Below are positions 17,671 to 25,635 of a stretch of DNA of 32,000 nt, piece after piece. This stretch comes from Geotalea uraniireducens Rf4. Its GTDB lineage: Bacteria; Desulfobacterota; Desulfuromonadia; Geobacterales; Geobacteraceae. Positions within the stretch are counted from its first letter, which is position 1. Each line of letters begins with the position of its first letter. A program made the translations under genes and the position numbers. Location of the stretch: the NCBI RefSeq assembly GCF_000016745.1, contig NC_009483.1, positions 4,830,001 to 4,862,000 of the forward strand, read 5' to 3'. The notes under the pieces are model-generated. The model was not told the origin of the DNA and searched no databases. It saw only the letters and a list, made by a program, of their open reading frames with translations.

Positions 17671-18413
17671 AATTTTCCTCCAGCCAACGCCAGCAGGGCC
17701 AGCAGGCATAAAATCTCGTTCAATTCGTTCACACAACCGATGACATCACCGGTAATTCCCCCCAGCCGCTTATGAAACCAGGACTTCGAAATCCAGGTGG
17801 CGAGGCAGACAGCCACGGTGCAGTATGCCCCCCATATCCCCAGCAGCAGATAGCCGGCAACAAGGCTCACTACAAAGGCGATGGCGAACTGGGGAAGGCC
17901 GGCGCCGCCGATAAAGGCGGAACCGAGACCGTCCTGTCGTGCCTTTTTCGCCCCCACCGTCAGCTGAACCTGGCTGAAACGGGCGATCAGGGGAAAAAAC
18001 AGAAGCGCCTCGCGCTTATATTCCAGCGGGATGTTCAGCAGGGCCTGGTATTTGAGCAGGATGCCCAGCACCAGCCCGACAACCCCCACAGCGCCGGTAC
18101 GGGAGTCCTTCATCACCGAGAGAAAGCGTTCCCGCCCCCCCCGCGCGGCCAAACCGTCACAGACGTCGGCCAACCCGTCCAGGTGTAGCGCTCCGGTCAC
18201 CACCGCCAGCACCGTCACCAGGAGGAGATCGGTCACCGATCGCGGCAGGGCAAGACCGAGCACGTAGTCGATACCGGCCAGGAAAAGTCCGATGGTAAGC
18301 CCCACCAGCGGAAACAGGGCCATGGAACGGCCCAGGTCCTCCTCCTCGCAGCGGACGGAAAAAGGGAGCGGAATTATGGTCAGAAATTGCAGGGCGATAA
18401 GATATAGTCTCAT
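17667..18413 (-). CDS. cobS: Adenosylcobinamide-GDP ribazoletransferase (cobalamin synthase)
   Basis: Polytopic membrane protein starting MRLYLIALQFLTIIPLP, with the HLDGLADVCDG motif. Confidence 0.92.
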   Translation of the reverse strand: MRLYLIALQFLTIIPLPFSVRCEEEDLGRSMALFPLVGLTIGLFLAGIDYVLGLALPRSVTDLLLVTVLAVVTGALHLDGLADVCDGLAARGGRERFLSVMKDSRTGAVGVVGLVLGILLKYQALLNIPLEYKREALLFFPLIARFSQVQLTVGAKKARQDGLGSAFIGGAGLPQFAIAFVVSLVAGYLLLGIWGAYCTVAVCLATWISKSWFHKRLGGITGDVIGCVNELNEILCLLALLALAGGKL

Positions 18414-18417
18414 AATC

Positions 18418-18488
18418 GGGATCCGGGATCTGGGACCGGGAATCTGGAAGAGCCTTTACTGATCCCGGATCCCTGTTCCCCGATTCCT
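18418..18488. repeat. Heptamer-built palindrome occupying almost the whole cobT-cobS spacer
   Basis: Four GGGAWCN units (gggatcc gggatct gggaccg ggaatct) are followed by four inverted units (gatcccg gatccct gttcccc gattcct). A perfect 13-bp stem forms between GGGATCCGGGATC (18418-18430) and GATCCCGGATCCC (18461-18473). Confidence 0.7.
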
Positions 18489-18493
18489 GCCTT

Positions 18494-19555
18494 TCAGTAC
18501 TCCCCTTCGGCTACCCCGGCTTCTTCAAAGGTGGCCATCTCCTTCAGAATCTTGACTCCAGCCTCGATGAGTCCCATGGCCAGGGCTGCGCCGGTCCCTT
18601 CACCCAGGCGAAGCTTGAGGTCCAGGATCGGTTCCGCTCCGATACGGTCCAGCATGAAACGATGTCCGATCTCCACCGACTCGTGGGCGGCAAAGATATA
18701 CTCCTTCACGTGCGGGTTCAGCTCGGAGGCGATGAGTGCACCGGCAGTGGAAATGAAACCGTCAATCACCACCGGCTGCCGGTTGGCTGCGGCCCCGAGC
18801 ACGAGCCCGGCTATGGCGGCAATCTCCAGCCCCCCTACCTTGGCCAGCACGTCGAGCGGGTCGCGTGGATCCGGCTTGTTCACCGCCAGCCCCTGTTCGA
18901 TGACCCGGATTTTATGGGACAACGCCGCATCGTTGATGCCGGTGCCGCGGTGGGTGACCTCCTTGACCGTTTTACCGGAAATGGCGGCAATAATGGCGGA
19001 CGACGGGGTGGTGTTGCCGATCCCCATCTCACCGGTGCCGAGCATGGCCACCCCTTCGGCCTTTGCCCGGTTGGCCAGCCCGATTCCCACTTCTATCGCG
19101 GCAATCGCCTCTTCGCGGCTCATGGCCGGCCCCTTGGCAAAGTTGCGCGTCCCCTTCGCCACTTTATCGATGATCAGCCCCGGTGTCGGTTCGAAGTCGA
19201 AATCGACCCCCACATCCACAACCCGCACCTCGGCTCCCGTATGTCGAGCCAGGACGTTCACCCCTGCTCCGCCGCGGAGAAAATTGAAGACCATCTGCGG
19301 GGTCACCTCCTTGGGGAAGGCCGACACCCCCTCCTCGACCACGCCGTGATCACCGGCAAAGGTGAAGACAATCTTCTTGGCGGTATCCGGCTGCAGATCG
19401 CCGGTGATGGCGACAAAGCGGCGGGCGAACTCTTCCAGTCGGCCGAGCGAGCCGAGCGGCTTGGTCTTTTTGTCCAGTTTCGCCTGGGCCTTTGCCAGCA
19501 TGACGGCATCGACCGGCTGAATTTTTGCGAGTGCTTCCTGGAGCAGATTCATCAT
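18494..19555 (-). CDS. cobT: Nicotinate-nucleotide--dimethylbenzimidazole phosphoribosyltransferase
   Basis: GEMGIGNTT motif and an overall CobT-like sequence. RBS GGGAGGA lies upstream of the ATG. Confidence 0.93.
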   Translation of the reverse strand: MMNLLQEALAKIQPVDAVMLAKAQAKLDKKTKPLGSLGRLEEFARRFVAITGDLQPDTAKKIVFTFAGDHGVVEEGVSAFPKEVTPQMVFNFLRGGAGVNVLARHTGAEVRVVDVGVDFDFEPTPGLIIDKVAKGTRNFAKGPAMSREEAIAAIEVGIGLANRAKAEGVAMLGTGEMGIGNTTPSSAIIAAISGKTVKEVTHRGTGINDAALSHKIRVIEQGLAVNKPDPRDPLDVLAKVGGLEIAAIAGLVLGAAANRQPVVIDGFISTAGALIASELNPHVKEYIFAAHESVEIGHRFMLDRIGAEPILDLKLRLGEGTGAALAMGLIEAGVKILKEMATFEEAGVAEGEY

Positions 19556-19656
19556 TTCCTCCCGGCATAATTTTTAATTGAAAGCAGCCACCAACCGCAT
19601 GAATACGGATAAGGATTTACAGAACATTCGTGCTATGCGTGGCGATAAAACGCCTT

Positions 19657-20178
19657 TCACCCTTTCAGTTTCAACGGCAGCCCGGAAATGGTCACATACA
19701 CCTCGTCCGCCGTCGCCGCCAGCAGTTCGTTGGCCTCGCCCGCCAGGTCCCGGAAGGTTCTGGCCAGGCGATTTTCCGGGACGATACCCATCCCCACCTC
19801 GTTGGATACGAAAATAAGGGGGGTCGTCAAGTGAGGAAACATGCCGGTCAATTCCTTGACATGCGCCAGGGCGCGGGGTGCATCGTCGTACGCCAGGAGC
19901 AGGTTGGTGAGCCAGAGGGTGACGCAATCCACGAGCATTGCCTGAAAATAGCCGTCATGGCCGCGGACGACCTCCGCCAGCTGCAGCGGCTCTTCAAGGG
20001 TCTGCCAGTCCGGGCCGCGCCGCGACCGGTGGCGGGCAATCCGCTCCTCCATCTCCCCGTCACCGGACTGCCCCGTGGCAATGTAGCCGAGCGGCGCGCC
20101 GTGCTTCAGGGCAATCTCTTCGGCCAGGCGGCTCTTGCCGCTCCGGGCGCCGCCGGTAATGAAAATTATTTTTGACAT
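19657..20178 (-). CDS. cobU: Adenosylcobinamide kinase / adenosylcobinamide-phosphate guanylyltransferase
   Basis: MSKIIFITGGARSGKS P-loop and the FVSNEVGMGIVPEN motif. First gene after the riboswitch. Confidence 0.92.
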   Translation of the reverse strand: MSKIIFITGGARSGKSRLAEEIALKHGAPLGYIATGQSGDGEMEERIARHRSRRGPDWQTLEEPLQLAEVVRGHDGYFQAMLVDCVTLWLTNLLLAYDDAPRALAHVKELTGMFPHLTTPLIFVSNEVGMGIVPENRLARTFRDLAGEANELLAATADEVYVTISGLPLKLKG

Positions 20179-20209
20179 GAAAAAACCCCGTCTCCTGGAA
20201 GAGGCGGGG
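20179..20209 (-). terminator. Riboswitch expression-platform terminator that overlaps the cobU RBS
   Basis: The minus strand reads CCCCGCCTCTTCCAGGAGACGGGG followed by TTTTTT, then C and the ATG. The GGAG Shine-Dalgarno sits in the 3' arm of the stem. Confidence 0.6.
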
Positions 20210-20234
20210 TCGAAAACCGGCAATAGATACTATA

Positions 20235-20425
20235 CGGGCCTCGGCGCCTCTCCTGCGGAGGTTCCATTGAGCAATCAGCCTGGCAGGTTTCCTGACTTAC
20301 GGGTCACTTTACTTGCCGCGCCTTCCCGATTATATTCAGTGGCACATCAGCGGCTTTCATCACCGTTCACAGTTGCGGGACAGTGGAGGAATTACACCTC
20401 CTTCCCTTTTAACGCTCTTGTTAGT
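20235..20425 (-). promoter_or_regulatory. Cobalamin (B12) riboswitch upstream of cobU
   Basis: The minus strand reads AAGGGAAGGAGGTGTAATTCCTCCACTGTCCCGCAACTGTGA ... GCCACTG ... GGGAAGGCG ... AGTCAGGAAACCTGCC (B12 box). Confidence 0.9.
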
Positions 20426-20465
20426 GAGCGCACCAGATCGAATAACTATTTAATTGTAGGGACGA

Positions 20466-20494
20466 TTTTTATCAGAGAGCTGCTGGAAAGTCAA
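20466..20494 (-). promoter_or_regulatory. Sigma-70-type promoter candidate for the cob operon leader
   Basis: The minus strand reads TTGACT-17 nt-TAAAAA, about 40 nt upstream of the riboswitch. Confidence 0.4.
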
Positions 20495-20509
20495 ACACTA
20501 TCTGGCCGT

Positions 20510-21124
20510 TCAACTTTCAGCGCCCACGGCTTCCGTTTCGGCGCCGTAGAGCACCCCTTCGATCCGCTGCCAGATCTGATCCTTCCCTTCTTTCGAGAGT
20601 GCTGAAAAAAAATTAAGTTCAGCCATCTGGATGCCGATGGTCTGTGCAATTACCGCCGCCTGCTTTGCCCGTTCGTTTTTGGAAACCTTGTCGCACTTGG
20701 TGACGACGATTATCGGTTTGACGGAATAGGCACGCAGCCAATGGAGCATCTGCACATCCTCGGCCACGGGTGTTCTGCGGATATCCAGAATAAGTATGAC
20801 CCCCCGCAGATTTGACCTTTTGGAGAGGTAGGTTTCCATCATCGGCCCCCACTCTTTCTTCACCGCCAGCGGCACCCTGGCGAAACCGTAGCCGGGCAGA
20901 TCCACCAGGGTAAACTCGCCATTGACATCGAAGAAGTTGATGAGCTGGGTGCGTCCAGGGGTGGAGCTGGTGCGGACCAGGCTTTTTCTGTTAACAAGGA
21001 CATTGATCAGGGAAGATTTGCCTACGTTGGAGCGGCCGGCAAAGGCTATTTCAGGGAAATCCCCCGCCGGATAATGGGCGGGTCTTGTCGCACTTTTAAT
21101 AAATTCTACGTTTTTGATGACCAA
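20510..21124 (-). CDS. engB: Ribosome-biogenesis GTPase EngB/YsxC/YihA
   Basis: G1 [13 protein letters not shown]3 DLPGYG and G4 TKCDK. Apparent TTG start. Confidence 0.9.
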
Positions 21125-21419
21125 GGAATTTCACCGGCCCTTTCATTGCTTTGAAAGGCATTATAGACAGCCTCCTTTCCGCTTTCAATCTCTAAATCGA
21201 CTTTTGAAATCCAGGCGTGGATTTTGCGTATGGACGATAACAGGCTATAGAGCCGCCCATGGCTACGGGAGAGCTCAGCCGATCTTCCGGCAAAACAAAA
21301 TCATCTGGATGATTAAATATTTGTAGGGGAAGTGCCGAAAAGGAATAATACATAGTGGAACAGGATGTATCTCTACCCGGACCATCGCACGTCACGCAAC
21401 AAGATAATTGGAGCAAGCC

Positions 21420-22274
21420 ATGAATAAAGAACTCGAAACAGCCATCATGACCGCCGGAGACCTCCCGACCATCCCCATCGTGGCCACAAAGGTAATGCAG
21501 CTCATCGAAAGCGAAACCGCCACAGCAGAAGAGCTGGCGCGGATAGTTGCTTCCGATCCCGCCGTAGCAGCCAGGGTCATTAAAATTTCCAACTCATCCT
21601 TTTACGGCTGCCAGAGACAGATTCAAACCTTATCAAGCGCCATCGTCATACTTGGCTTCAATACGCTCAAGAGCCTTGTGGTGGCGGCATCGGTAAAGCA
21701 GGTCTACAAGCCGTTCGGCCTTACCGAAAAAATGCTTTGGGAACATTCCTTCGCCGCCGGCCTGGCGGCACGCATCATTGCCGGCAACACGAGGGCCGCC
21801 AACGAGGAGGAGTCCTTCCTCGCAGGATTGTTCCACGATATCGGCAAGATCATCATGAACTCCCTGGATAAGGATAAGTTTCAGGCGGTCATGCAGCGCT
21901 GCTACAATGAAAGGATATCATTCGAAGACGCAGAAACGAGTATCTACCCATTCAGTCATGACGAAGTAGGGGCTTACGTCATAAAAAAATGGAATTTCCC
22001 CGACGCGCTGACCAACGCCATCTTACAGCACCATAAGTTTAAATTCAGCAATCACGAGGACATCTACCAGGTCAACCTGACGGCGGTCGTGGGCCTTGCC
22101 GACATGTTCTGCCTGAAACTGGGGATAGGAGAGCGCCAGCCTGACGAAACGCTCGATTTAGACTCTTCCGTCTTCGCACAACAGCTCAAACTCGATGGGA
22201 ACCGCATCAACATGCTTCTGGAACTGTTCAAAGAAGCCTTCGATCGGGACAAAACTTATTTTGTCACCTCGTAA
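21420..22274 (+). CDS. HDOD domain signalling protein
   Basis: LPTIPIVATKVMQLI ... DPAVAARVIKISNSSFYG ... ILGFNTLKSLV ... LFHDIGK. The start is placed at MNKELE (21420) with GGAG 6 nt upstream. Confidence 0.85.
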   Translation: MNKELETAIMTAGDLPTIPIVATKVMQLIESETATAEELARIVASDPAVAARVIKISNSSFYGCQRQIQTLSSAIVILGFNTLKSLVVAASVKQVYKPFGLTEKMLWEHSFAAGLAARIIAGNTRAANEEESFLAGLFHDIGKIIMNSLDKDKFQAVMQRCYNERISFEDAETSIYPFSHDEVGAYVIKKWNFPDALTNAILQHHKFKFSNHEDIYQVNLTAVVGLADMFCLKLGIGERQPDETLDLDSSVFAQQLKLDGNRINMLLELFKEAFDRDKTYFVTS

Positions 22275-22360
22275 TTTCGATTAAATGCCGGCCACAGGGC
22301 AATATTTCTACAGAAAACACCACGCGGGACACATTCATGGAATAGAGTTTCCGCTCCTGA

Positions 22361-22570
22361 CTATTCAAGCAAATCATATTCGGCCGCAATCGGCTGCTCA
22401 GCCGCTGTCGACGCACTGCGCCGCCGGGCTTCATCAGAGATGGTAATACTGTCATGCTCCTCAGCCCGGCGCACCAGTCGTCCCTTCTTCTGTTCCCGGT
22501 CGGAACCACGTTTATCCGGGTCGATACTCAATGTCCCCGGTATTTTATTCACACTGTAGTCCATAGCCAT
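22361..22570 (-). CDS. Hypothetical 69-aa charged protein (coding status uncertain)
   Basis: Only an ORF in an otherwise empty gap. The RBS is weak. A sigma-28-like -10 element (GCCGATAT) lies upstream. The motif DSITISDEARRR vaguely recalls FlgM-type proteins, but the C-terminal part is too short. Confidence 0.35.
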   Translation of the reverse strand: MAMDYSVNKIPGTLSIDPDKRGSDREQKKGRLVRRAEEHDSITISDEARRRSASTAAEQPIAAEYDLLE

Positions 22571-22707
22571 GTCCGTTCGTCATTAATAATTTAGTGCCTG
22601 CACTTTTGTATATCGGCAAAAAGTCAAATATCTTCAGATTATTTTAAAAACCCAAACCTTGACATCTGAATCAAAAGGCCCTGCCTCCGGTCGCCGGGAC
22701 ATACTCC

Positions 22708-22736
22708 TTGTCTACCAGGGTACCCTGATGTATAAT
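22708..22736 (+). promoter_or_regulatory. Sigma-70-type promoter candidate for the kinase/regulator operon
   Basis: TTGTCT-17 nt-TATAAT, about 45 nt upstream of the ATG at 22779. Confidence 0.45.
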
Positions 22737-22778
22737 CACTTCTGTTTACGCATAATTACGAAAAAAGGTCGTTGATCC

Positions 22779-24209
22779 ATGAAACTCAATACAAAGCTGG
22801 TGATGATGATGCTTTCCCTGCTGATCATCGCCACGTTGATTCTTTTCCTCATGAACCAGTACAGCCAGAACGACCTGGTTCAGGAGATGCAGGAAAGCTC
22901 CACCGAGGTTTCCAAGGCTATCCAGTTGAGCGTTGAAGATCTGACATCCGAAACCGATGTGGAATCCTTGCGCCTGAAGGATTATCTGCAGCAGGCCAGA
23001 AACAAGGGTATCAATGAGGTAAACATCATCAACAACGAAGGGGAGATCATCAACTCGTCGGACCCTGACAAGGTCGGGAAAATGCGTGAGATCAAAAAAC
23101 TGGAAAAAGGCCTCAAGGCCTCGCGCAAGGGCAAAGGTGCCACAGGCTCACATTCCCTTCGCCCTTACGACCTGGTCGTCCCGGTTATCGTCGGCGACGA
23201 GCAGCTCGGCTACGTGCAGATCAACCTTCTGCTGGACAACATACGGGATATCCAGCACGCCAATTTTCTCCGCAGACTGGTTGCCACCTGCATGATTTTC
23301 ATGTTCGGCATTTTTCTCACCATCTTCCTCGCCAGAAGGTATACCGACCCCATCCACAGGCTGGCGGCGGGGGTAAAAAAAGTCTCGGCCGGCGACCTGT
23401 CGGTCACATTCCCGCTGGACAGCAAGGACGAAATCGGCGAACTGGCTGAAAATTTCAATGAACTGGTGGAGAAGCTTCGGGAAAAGGAGCATCTGGAAAA
23501 GCGCCTCTATGAGGCGGAGCACCTTTCCAAGGTGGGACAGCTGGCATCGGGAATCGCCCATGAAATCAGGAACCCCCTCAATTATATCAGCCTGGCCATA
23601 GATCACCTGAAAAGCGAACTGCTCCCCTCCTGTCCTGAGCGCGGCAAAGAATTGGAATCCATAGCCGACAACATCAAGGAAGAGGTGCGCAAGGCCAATT
23701 ACATGGTCCTCAACTTCATGAACTACGGCCGGCCGCTCAAGCTGCGTCTCCATGAAGTGCGCTACCCGGAGCTGATCTCCAAGGCCATGCCGCTTTTACA
23801 GGACAAGCTGAACGAACAGCACATCGAGGTGGTAGAGGATATCCCCGCCGACCTGCCGCCGATGCAGGTCGATCCCGAACTGATGCGCAACTGCCTGTTC
23901 AATTTCATAACCAACGCCGCTCAGGCCATGCCCGACGGGGGAAAGATAACCCTCGGGGCGGCCTTCGTCGCCGGGGACAACCTGTTCCGCCTCACCTTTG
24001 CCGATCAGGGGTCGGGAATAGCGCCCAATGACATCGACAAGATCTTCCAGCCCTATTTCACCACGAAAGAGGCCGGCATCGGCCTCGGGCTGGCCATAAC
24101 CGAACGCATCATCAAGGAGCACGGCGGCGAGATGGTGGTTGAAAGCCAACTCGGCAACGGAACGACATTTACCATCATCCTGCCGATGAAAAAGCAGGGT
24201 GAGGTTTAA
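22779..24209 (+). CDS. Membrane sensor histidine kinase (2 TM, HAMP, HisKA, HATPase_c)
   Basis: N-terminal TM helix, a second TM helix followed by HAMP (DEIGELAENFNELV), H-box GIAHEIRNPLN, and ATPase boxes (NFITNAAQA, DQGSGI, GIGLGLA). Confidence 0.9.
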   Translation: MKLNTKLVMMMLSLLIIATLILFLMNQYSQNDLVQEMQESSTEVSKAIQLSVEDLTSETDVESLRLKDYLQQARNKGINEVNIINNEGEIINSSDPDKVGKMREIKKLEKGLKASRKGKGATGSHSLRPYDLVVPVIVGDEQLGYVQINLLLDNIRDIQHANFLRRLVATCMIFMFGIFLTIFLARRYTDPIHRLAAGVKKVSAGDLSVTFPLDSKDEIGELAENFNELVEKLREKEHLEKRLYEAEHLSKVGQLASGIAHEIRNPLNYISLAIDHLKSELLPSCPERGKELESIADNIKEEVRKANYMVLNFMNYGRPLKLRLHEVRYPELISKAMPLLQDKLNEQHIEVVEDIPADLPPMQVDPELMRNCLFNFITNAAQAMPDGGKITLGAAFVAGDNLFRLTFADQGSGIAPNDIDKIFQPYFTTKEAGIGLGLAITERIIKEHGGEMVVESQLGNGTTFTIILPMKKQGEV

Positions 24210-24225
24210 TTTCAGGAGAATTTGT

Positions 24226-25590
24226 ATGCCCGGCAGTATTTTGATAGTAGACGATGAAAAGGGACAGCGGGAGATTCTCAGCGCCATCCTCCAGAAACAG
24301 GGATACCGTATCGTCACCGTACCGGGAGGCAGGGAGGCGCTCAAGGAACTCGAAAGCGCCGAATTCGACCTGATCCTCACCGACCTGAAGATGCAGGGGA
24401 TGTCCGGCATGGAACTCATGGAGAAGATCCTTGGCGAAAACAACCGGCAGTGCGTCGTGATGATGACTGCTCACGGTACCGTCGACTCCGCGGTTGAGGC
24501 AATGAAAATGGGGGCCTTCGATTATCTGGAAAAGCCCCTGGAGCGGGAGGATCTCCTGTTGACCGTGCAGCGCGCCTTCGAGCACATCAATCTTCTCCAC
24601 GAGAACACGCTGCTCCATAAAAAGCTTAAAGAAACCATGGCCCTCCCCAACATGATCGGCGAGCATCCGAAGATGAAAGAGGTCGCCCGGATCATCAGCA
24701 AGATTGCGCCGACCAGTTCCACCGTACTCATCTACGGCGAATCGGGAACCGGCAAGGAGCTGATTGCCAAGGCGGTCCACGACGGGAGCCCCCGGAAAGG
24801 CAAACCCTTCTTTGCCATTAACTGCGCTGCCATCCCCGACACCCTCATTGAAAGCGAACTGTTCGGCCATGAAAAAGGGTCCTTTACCGGCGCCGCAAGC
24901 CGTGAGATCGGCCTGTTTGAGGCTGCCGAAGGTGGTACGGTATTTCTCGACGAGATTGGCGAGATGAATGTGGCCATGCAAGCCAAGCTTTTGCGCGCCA
25001 TCCAGGAAAAGGAGATCCGCAGGGTCGGCGGCAAGGTCAATGTCCCGATAGACGTGCGCATCATCTCCGCCACCAATCGGGACCTGGAAGCAGAGATAAA
25101 AAAGGGGAACTTCCGCGAGGACCTCTTTTACCGGCTCAATGTGATACGGGTTACCCTGCCGCCCCTAAGGGAACGTGGGAACGACATCGCCGCCCTGGCC
25201 GATTTTTTCGTGAAAAAATACAGCGCGGCATCAGGCATCTCGTTGAAGGGGATTGCCAAACCCGCCCTCAAGATCCTCATGAACTACAGCTGGCCCGGCA
25301 ATGTACGACAACTGGAATCGGTTATCGAACGCGGGGTTCTCATGGCGGAGAGCGATTATATCCAGCCGGAAGACCTGCCGGCCGAAGTGCACGAAGAGAT
25401 GACGCACCTCGGCAAACTGCCCTTTGAATTCCCGCCGCAGGGCATTTCCATCGAAGAGCTGGAGCGGGATCTCATCCTGAAGGCCATGGAAAGGGCCGAC
25501 TGGATCATCAGCAAGGCCGCCCCCCTGTTGGGGATGAGTTACAAGACGCTGCAATACCGTCTGGAGAAGTTCGGAATCGAAAAACCGTAA
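24226..25590 (+). CDS. NtrC-family sigma-54-dependent response regulator (REC-AAA+-Fis HTH)
   Basis: ILIVDDE...LILTDLKMQGMSG receiver. GESGTGKE Walker A. GSFTGA (GAFTGA variant). C-terminal HTH. The start is placed at MPGSILIV (24226) with a GGAG RBS. Confidence 0.92.
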   Translation: MPGSILIVDDEKGQREILSAILQKQGYRIVTVPGGREALKELESAEFDLILTDLKMQGMSGMELMEKILGENNRQCVVMMTAHGTVDSAVEAMKMGAFDYLEKPLEREDLLLTVQRAFEHINLLHENTLLHKKLKETMALPNMIGEHPKMKEVARIISKIAPTSSTVLIYGESGTGKELIAKAVHDGSPRKGKPFFAINCAAIPDTLIESELFGHEKGSFTGAASREIGLFEAAEGGTVFLDEIGEMNVAMQAKLLRAIQEKEIRRVGGKVNVPIDVRIISATNRDLEAEIKKGNFREDLFYRLNVIRVTLPPLRERGNDIAALADFFVKKYSAASGISLKGIAKPALKILMNYSWPGNVRQLESVIERGVLMAESDYIQPEDLPAEVHEEMTHLGKLPFEFPPQGISIEELERDLILKAMERADWIISKAAPLLGMSYKTLQYRLEKFGIEKP

Positions 25591-25635
25591 CGTTGTTGTG
25601 ATGTTGGACCCGGCATTCAACACCTGGAGGCTTTC

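Noticed and set aside
21270-21277. GCCGATCT as a sigma-28 -10 box upstream of the HDOD gene
   Set aside because: There is no TAAA-like -35 element at 15 +/- 1 nt, and the -10 match is weaker than at 22610.
21125-21419. The 295-bp engB-HDOD spacer as a possible ncRNA locus, and the ORFs 21114-21326 (plus) and 21192-21416 (minus)
   Set aside because: Only short hairpins are present (for example CCTTTCA/TGAAAGG at 21139-21157). I could recognise no conserved RNA motif, promoter-terminator pair or credible coding signal by eye. It cannot be supported without comparative data.
22361-22570. Calling the 69-aa ORF FlgM
   Set aside because: Only a short motif resembles FlgM. The region that would bind sigma-28, C-terminal to the motif, is missing, and the RBS is weak. 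It is kept as hypothetical.
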